Both the position numbers and the translations under genes were made by a program. Below, piece after piece: positions 59,901-64,000 of a stretch of 64,000 nt of DNA; position 1 is the first letter of the stretch, and each line of letters begins with the position of its first letter. This DNA comes from Carcharhinus amblyrhynchos (taxonomy: Eukaryota): contig OZ336890.1 in assembly GCA_965287045.1 (NCBI GenBank), positions 37,820,001 to 37,884,000 of the forward strand, written 5' to 3'. Below the pieces are notes generated by a model that saw only the letters and a list, made by a program, of their open reading frames with translations, was not told where the DNA came from and ran no database searches.

Positions 59901-61539
59901 CTAAGGACAGGGCCATGTTTTTGAGGAGGAGTGCGTGATACAGGCTGATAGGATGGAGGAAGTAGATTTTCTGAGGGAAGATGTATTAGCAATTTTGAAA
60001 AAGCTGAGGATGAATAAGTCCCCTGGGCCAGATGGGATACATCCTAGGATACTTTGGGAGGCAAGGGATGAGAATGTGGAGCCTTTAGCTTTGATCTTTG
60101 GGTCCTCACTGACCTCAGGGATAGTGCCAGAGGACTGGGGAGTGGCAAATGTTGTTTCCCTTTTCAAGAAAGGAAATAGGAATGACCCTGATAATAGGCC
60201 AGTTAGTCTAACTTTGGTGGTCGGTAAGGGTCCTGAGAGATAGGATTTATGACTATTTGGAAAGATTCAGTTTAATCCGGGATAGTCAGCACAGTTTCGT
60301 GAGGGGCAAGTCCTGCCTCACAAATTTGATTGAATGCTTTGAGGAGGTAACTAAGTGTGTGGACGAAGGTAGAGCAGTTGATGTCATATACATGGATTTT
60401 AGTTACGGCGTTTGATAAGGTTCCCCATGGGAGGCTCATGAAGAAGAGAAGGAGGTGTGGGATAGAAGGAAATTTGGCCAATTAGATAAGTAACTGGCGG
60501 TATCATAAACAGAGAGTGGTGGTGGAGGGAAAACTTTCAGATTGAAGGCCAGTTACCAGCGGTGTACCACAGAGGTCAGTGCTGGGTCCTCTGCTTTTTG
60601 TGATTTTTATCAATGACTTGGAAGAAGGGGCTGAAGGGTGGGTTAGTAAATTTGCTGACGACACCAAGATTAGTGGATGAGGTGGAGGGCTCTTGCAGGC
60701 TGCAAAGAGACGTTGATAGGATGCAACGCTGGTCCAAAAAATGGCAGATGGAGTTTAACTCTAAGTGTGAGGTGATTCAGTTTGGTAGGACAAACTTGAA
60801 TGCAGATTACAGGGCCAACGGCAGAATTCTAAGAAATGCGGAGGAACAGAGAGATCTTGGGGTTCGTATCCACAGAACTCTGAAGGTTGCCACTGAAGTG
60901 GATAGAGCTGTGAAGAAGGCTTATAGTGGGTTAGCGTTTATTAACAGGGGGATTGAGTTTAAGAGCCATGGGGTTATGCTGCAACAATTCCGGATGTTGG
61001 TGAGAACATATTTGGAATATTGTGTTCAGTTCTGGTCACCTCAACAATATAAGAAGGATGTGGAAGCATTGGAGAGAGTGCAGAGGAGATTTACCAGGAT
61101 GCTGCCTGGTTTGGAGGGTAGGTCTTATGAGGAAAGGTTGAGGGAGCTGGGGCTTTTCTCTTTGGAGCAGAGGAGGATTAGAGGCGACTTAATAGAGGTT
61201 TATAAGATGATGAGAGGGATTGATAAGAGTGGACGTTCAGAGACTATTTCCTTGGGTGGATGTAGCAGTTACAAGGGGGCATAACTGTAAGGTTCATGTT
61301 GGGAGATATAAGAGGGATGTCCAAGTAGATTCTTTACTCGGAGTGCTTGGGGTGTGGAATAGACTGCCTGCTGTGATAGTGGAGTCGGACACTTTAGGAA
61401 CTTTCAAGTGGTTATTGGATAGGCACATGGAGCACTCCAGAATTATAGGGAGGGGATAGCTTGATCTTGGGATTGGACATAGCTCAGCGCAACATTGAGG
61501 GCTGAAGGGCCTGTAAAGTGCTGTAATTTTCTATGTTTA
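59901..61539 (+). mobile_element. CR1 LINE of a second family (HER1-like tail), disrupted RT
   Basis: KSPGPDGIHPRIL, WGVANVVSLFKKG, KSCLTNL, KFADDTK, LEYCVQFWSP. Tail gggctgaagggcctgt...ttctatg. Confidence 0.9.
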
Positions 61540-61660
61540 TGAAGAAAGGTCATTGTGAAACAGTAACTCTGTTTCTCTCCCCACAGATGCTGCTTGATCT
61601 GCATTTACACCATTTCTGTTTTTAGTTCAGATTTCCAGAATGCACTAAATGTTGCTTTTT
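61540..61660 (+). mobile_element. Penelope family B arm
   Basis: tgaagaaaggtc...gaaac...aactctgtttctctccccacagatgctg...ttcagatttccag. Confidence 0.6.
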
Positions 61661-62184
61661 GTCTACCAAAGAGTGTGTGTGCTGCTACTGCTGCTGCGTG
61701 CTGTCTCTTCATAATTTGTCCATCAACATGTGGCAGAATTACACAAGAAGAATGATTCATGCTGTTTCATCCCCTCCCAAAATAATAATGACTGCCTTTA
61801 ACATAGCATTTTGTTATCATGCCTTTAGCATTACATTTGACCTTTTTTGTTGCTTATTTTGGTTTTGAAATGTAGCTAAGGTGCATGAGTCAGCAGTCCA
61901 ATAAAGGTATTAAATATAAACTGTTCAAATTTATTAATTCATTTTGAGCTATGTCGCGAAAATTAACTTGTAGTATGCAAAATATGCTTCATGTTCATGT
62001 GGTGTGGTGCAAAAACTTTTATTTTGTTAGCAGGTGTATTTTTCTTGCCCTGAAGTGAATCATGAAGGGAGAACATATGAATCAGCTGTTTGCATTGAGT
62101 GTATGCTTGTGGAATGCATCTGAATATGTAATGTAGTATGTTGATGTTGTTTGCATGATCTACAAGGTGTAGCTGGAAAACCAT

Positions 62185-62795
62185 ATTTTGATTTGATTTA
62201 TTATTGTCACGTTTTAGTATACAGTGAAAAATATTTTTCTTGCGTGCTATATAGACAAAACAAACTGTATATAGCAAAGGAGAGGGTGCAGGATGTAGTG
62301 TTACAGTCATAGCTAGAGTGTTGAGAAAGGTCAAGTTAATACAATATAGGTTCATTTAAAAGTCTGATGGCAGCAGGAGCCGTTCTTAAGTCAGTTGATA
62401 CGTGACCTCAGACTTTTGCACCTTTTTCCTGATGGAAGAAGGTGGAAGAGAGTATGTCCCTGTTGCATGATGTCCTTGATTATGCTGGCTGCTTTTCCAA
62501 GGCAGCTGGAAGTGTGGACAGAGTCAATGATGGCAGCCTGGTTTGCGTGATGGACAGGGCATTGGCCACAACCCTTTGCAGTTCTTGCTGTGTTGGGCAG
62601 AGCAGGAGCCATACCAAACTGTGATACAACGAGAAAGAATGTTTTCTGTGATGAATCTGTAAAAGTTGGTGAGAGTCATGGTAGACATGCCAAATTTCCT
62701 TAGTGTCCTGAGAAAGTAGAGGCGTTGATGGGCTTTCTTAACTATAGAGTCAGTTTGGAGGGATCAGGACTGGTTGTTGTTGATCAAGACACCTA
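62185..62795 (-). mobile_element. Rex1/Babar-type LINE 3' fragment
   Basis: Minus-strand peptide CLGKAASIIKD...TLFHLLPSGKRCKSLRSRIN, with a (tttga)n tail. Confidence 0.8.
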
Positions 62796-64000
62796 TCATA
62801 CTATGAGACGGAGGCAAGTGAAGATCTGTTGCAAAATTAGAATGCTAGTTTGCTAATCTGCTATCCTTGTAATCCCAAAGTGCTTTAACTTCAGGTCACT
62901 TATTAAAAAAAAATAATTTTAGACAATCATTTCTATTTGAATCTTGCCTTTTATGTAATTTGCAGTCAGGTAGGTCACATTCCCCTGGAACATAACAGTA
63001 TAGTTCTCATGCAATGTAACTGCATGTTTCTGAAAGAATTTAGTTACTGCAACACAATATCATCTTAATGAAATGTAAGTTTAGAACATTTTTTTAGTTT
63101 GACTAAAATCATAAATACTGATATTAACAACCACTAAATTACATAAAAGCTTGCTCAGTCAGCTACCTATGTCAAACATTTTCCTCAATGGATTACTTTT
63201 TGAGATTTTCTTTCAGGAAAATGATTGGCTTGCTGGTAAATGAACAAATATATACGCTAAAGGTTTGGTTTGTTCATTTGTTTAGCTCATCCATTTAGAT
63301 TGCTAGATACTGATGGTGAACTATTATTTCAAACTATGAGATGACATCTATCTTATTTTTAAATGTTGGTGGATCTAAATGGTAACTTTCTTAACTAATT
63401 AAACAGAATTGCTGTGCGATCAACGTAGCTTTCTGTGACGAGTTTACTGTGTAATATTCAATGCTATTTCTTGACATTTTGCAGAATAGATAATTTTGAC
63501 TTTTCATCACAATGCAGAAACATAATTACTGTTTGGACTCCCAAGTTGATTTAGCTTGTAGTGTACTGCATATATAAAGATGTCAACAATTTTTAAGTAA
63601 AATTACACACATGCTGTTAGCATCTTGATTAGTGTGTGGTCATTGTACAAAGATGAAAAGAGGGAGTTGATAGTTCGAAAGACATTTGCACACCCTTATC
63701 CATGAAGTGTAATTTTTAAGCATTTTTTAATCCATTTTATTCCGCAATTAGCTGCTTTTATCTGCCTTATGTATGCACTGAAATAACTTCCTATTCTGAT
63801 GGTTTGCTAGATTGAAATCTCAGTTGTGACTGATATTTTTGTTTTCATGAGGAATGGGCAAGAAAACGTCTATTTGAGAACTGCACAAGACAAAATCTTA
63901 GTCAATCAACCCTAAAAGCAGACCTAAAAATATTAATTTAAACTGAATGTTCAACTTAAGTAGCATTGTGCCCAACTGAACGCAGAGAGAAAATGTTCCT

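Noticed and set aside
18606-64000. RAB40B exon 2 (expected IDYKTTTILLDGRRVKLQLW)
   Set aside because: Not found by eye or in the ORF track. It probably lies beyond the window, though a 61-bp exon could be missed.

Overview
This is vertebrate genomic DNA, almost certainly from a shark or other elasmobranch, judged by its HE1/V-SINEs, CR1 LINEs and Penelope relics. Two genes sit head-to-head around a GC-rich bidirectional promoter: FN3KRP (minus strand, exon 1 at 17499-17639, exon 2 at 1596-1747) and RAB40B (plus strand, exon 1 CDS at 18464-18605). Almost all of the rest is intron filled with transposons (CR1, L2, Rex1/Babar, V-SINEs, DeuSINE, Penelope, solo LTRs). The standout is an endogenous retrovirus at 42070-49895 in RAB40B intron 1. 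It has both LTRs, a 5-bp TSD, a tRNA-Ser PBS and a PPT, and carries gag and env but essentially no pol. Its env TM subunit aligns without gaps to my recollection of Ebola virus GP2. A Penelope element with two intact-looking minimal hammerhead ribozymes sits in the putative env splice acceptor, and several more hammerhead-bearing Penelope hairpin relics lie elsewhere in the window. Family names come from recall, not from database searches, and boundaries of old repeats are approximate.
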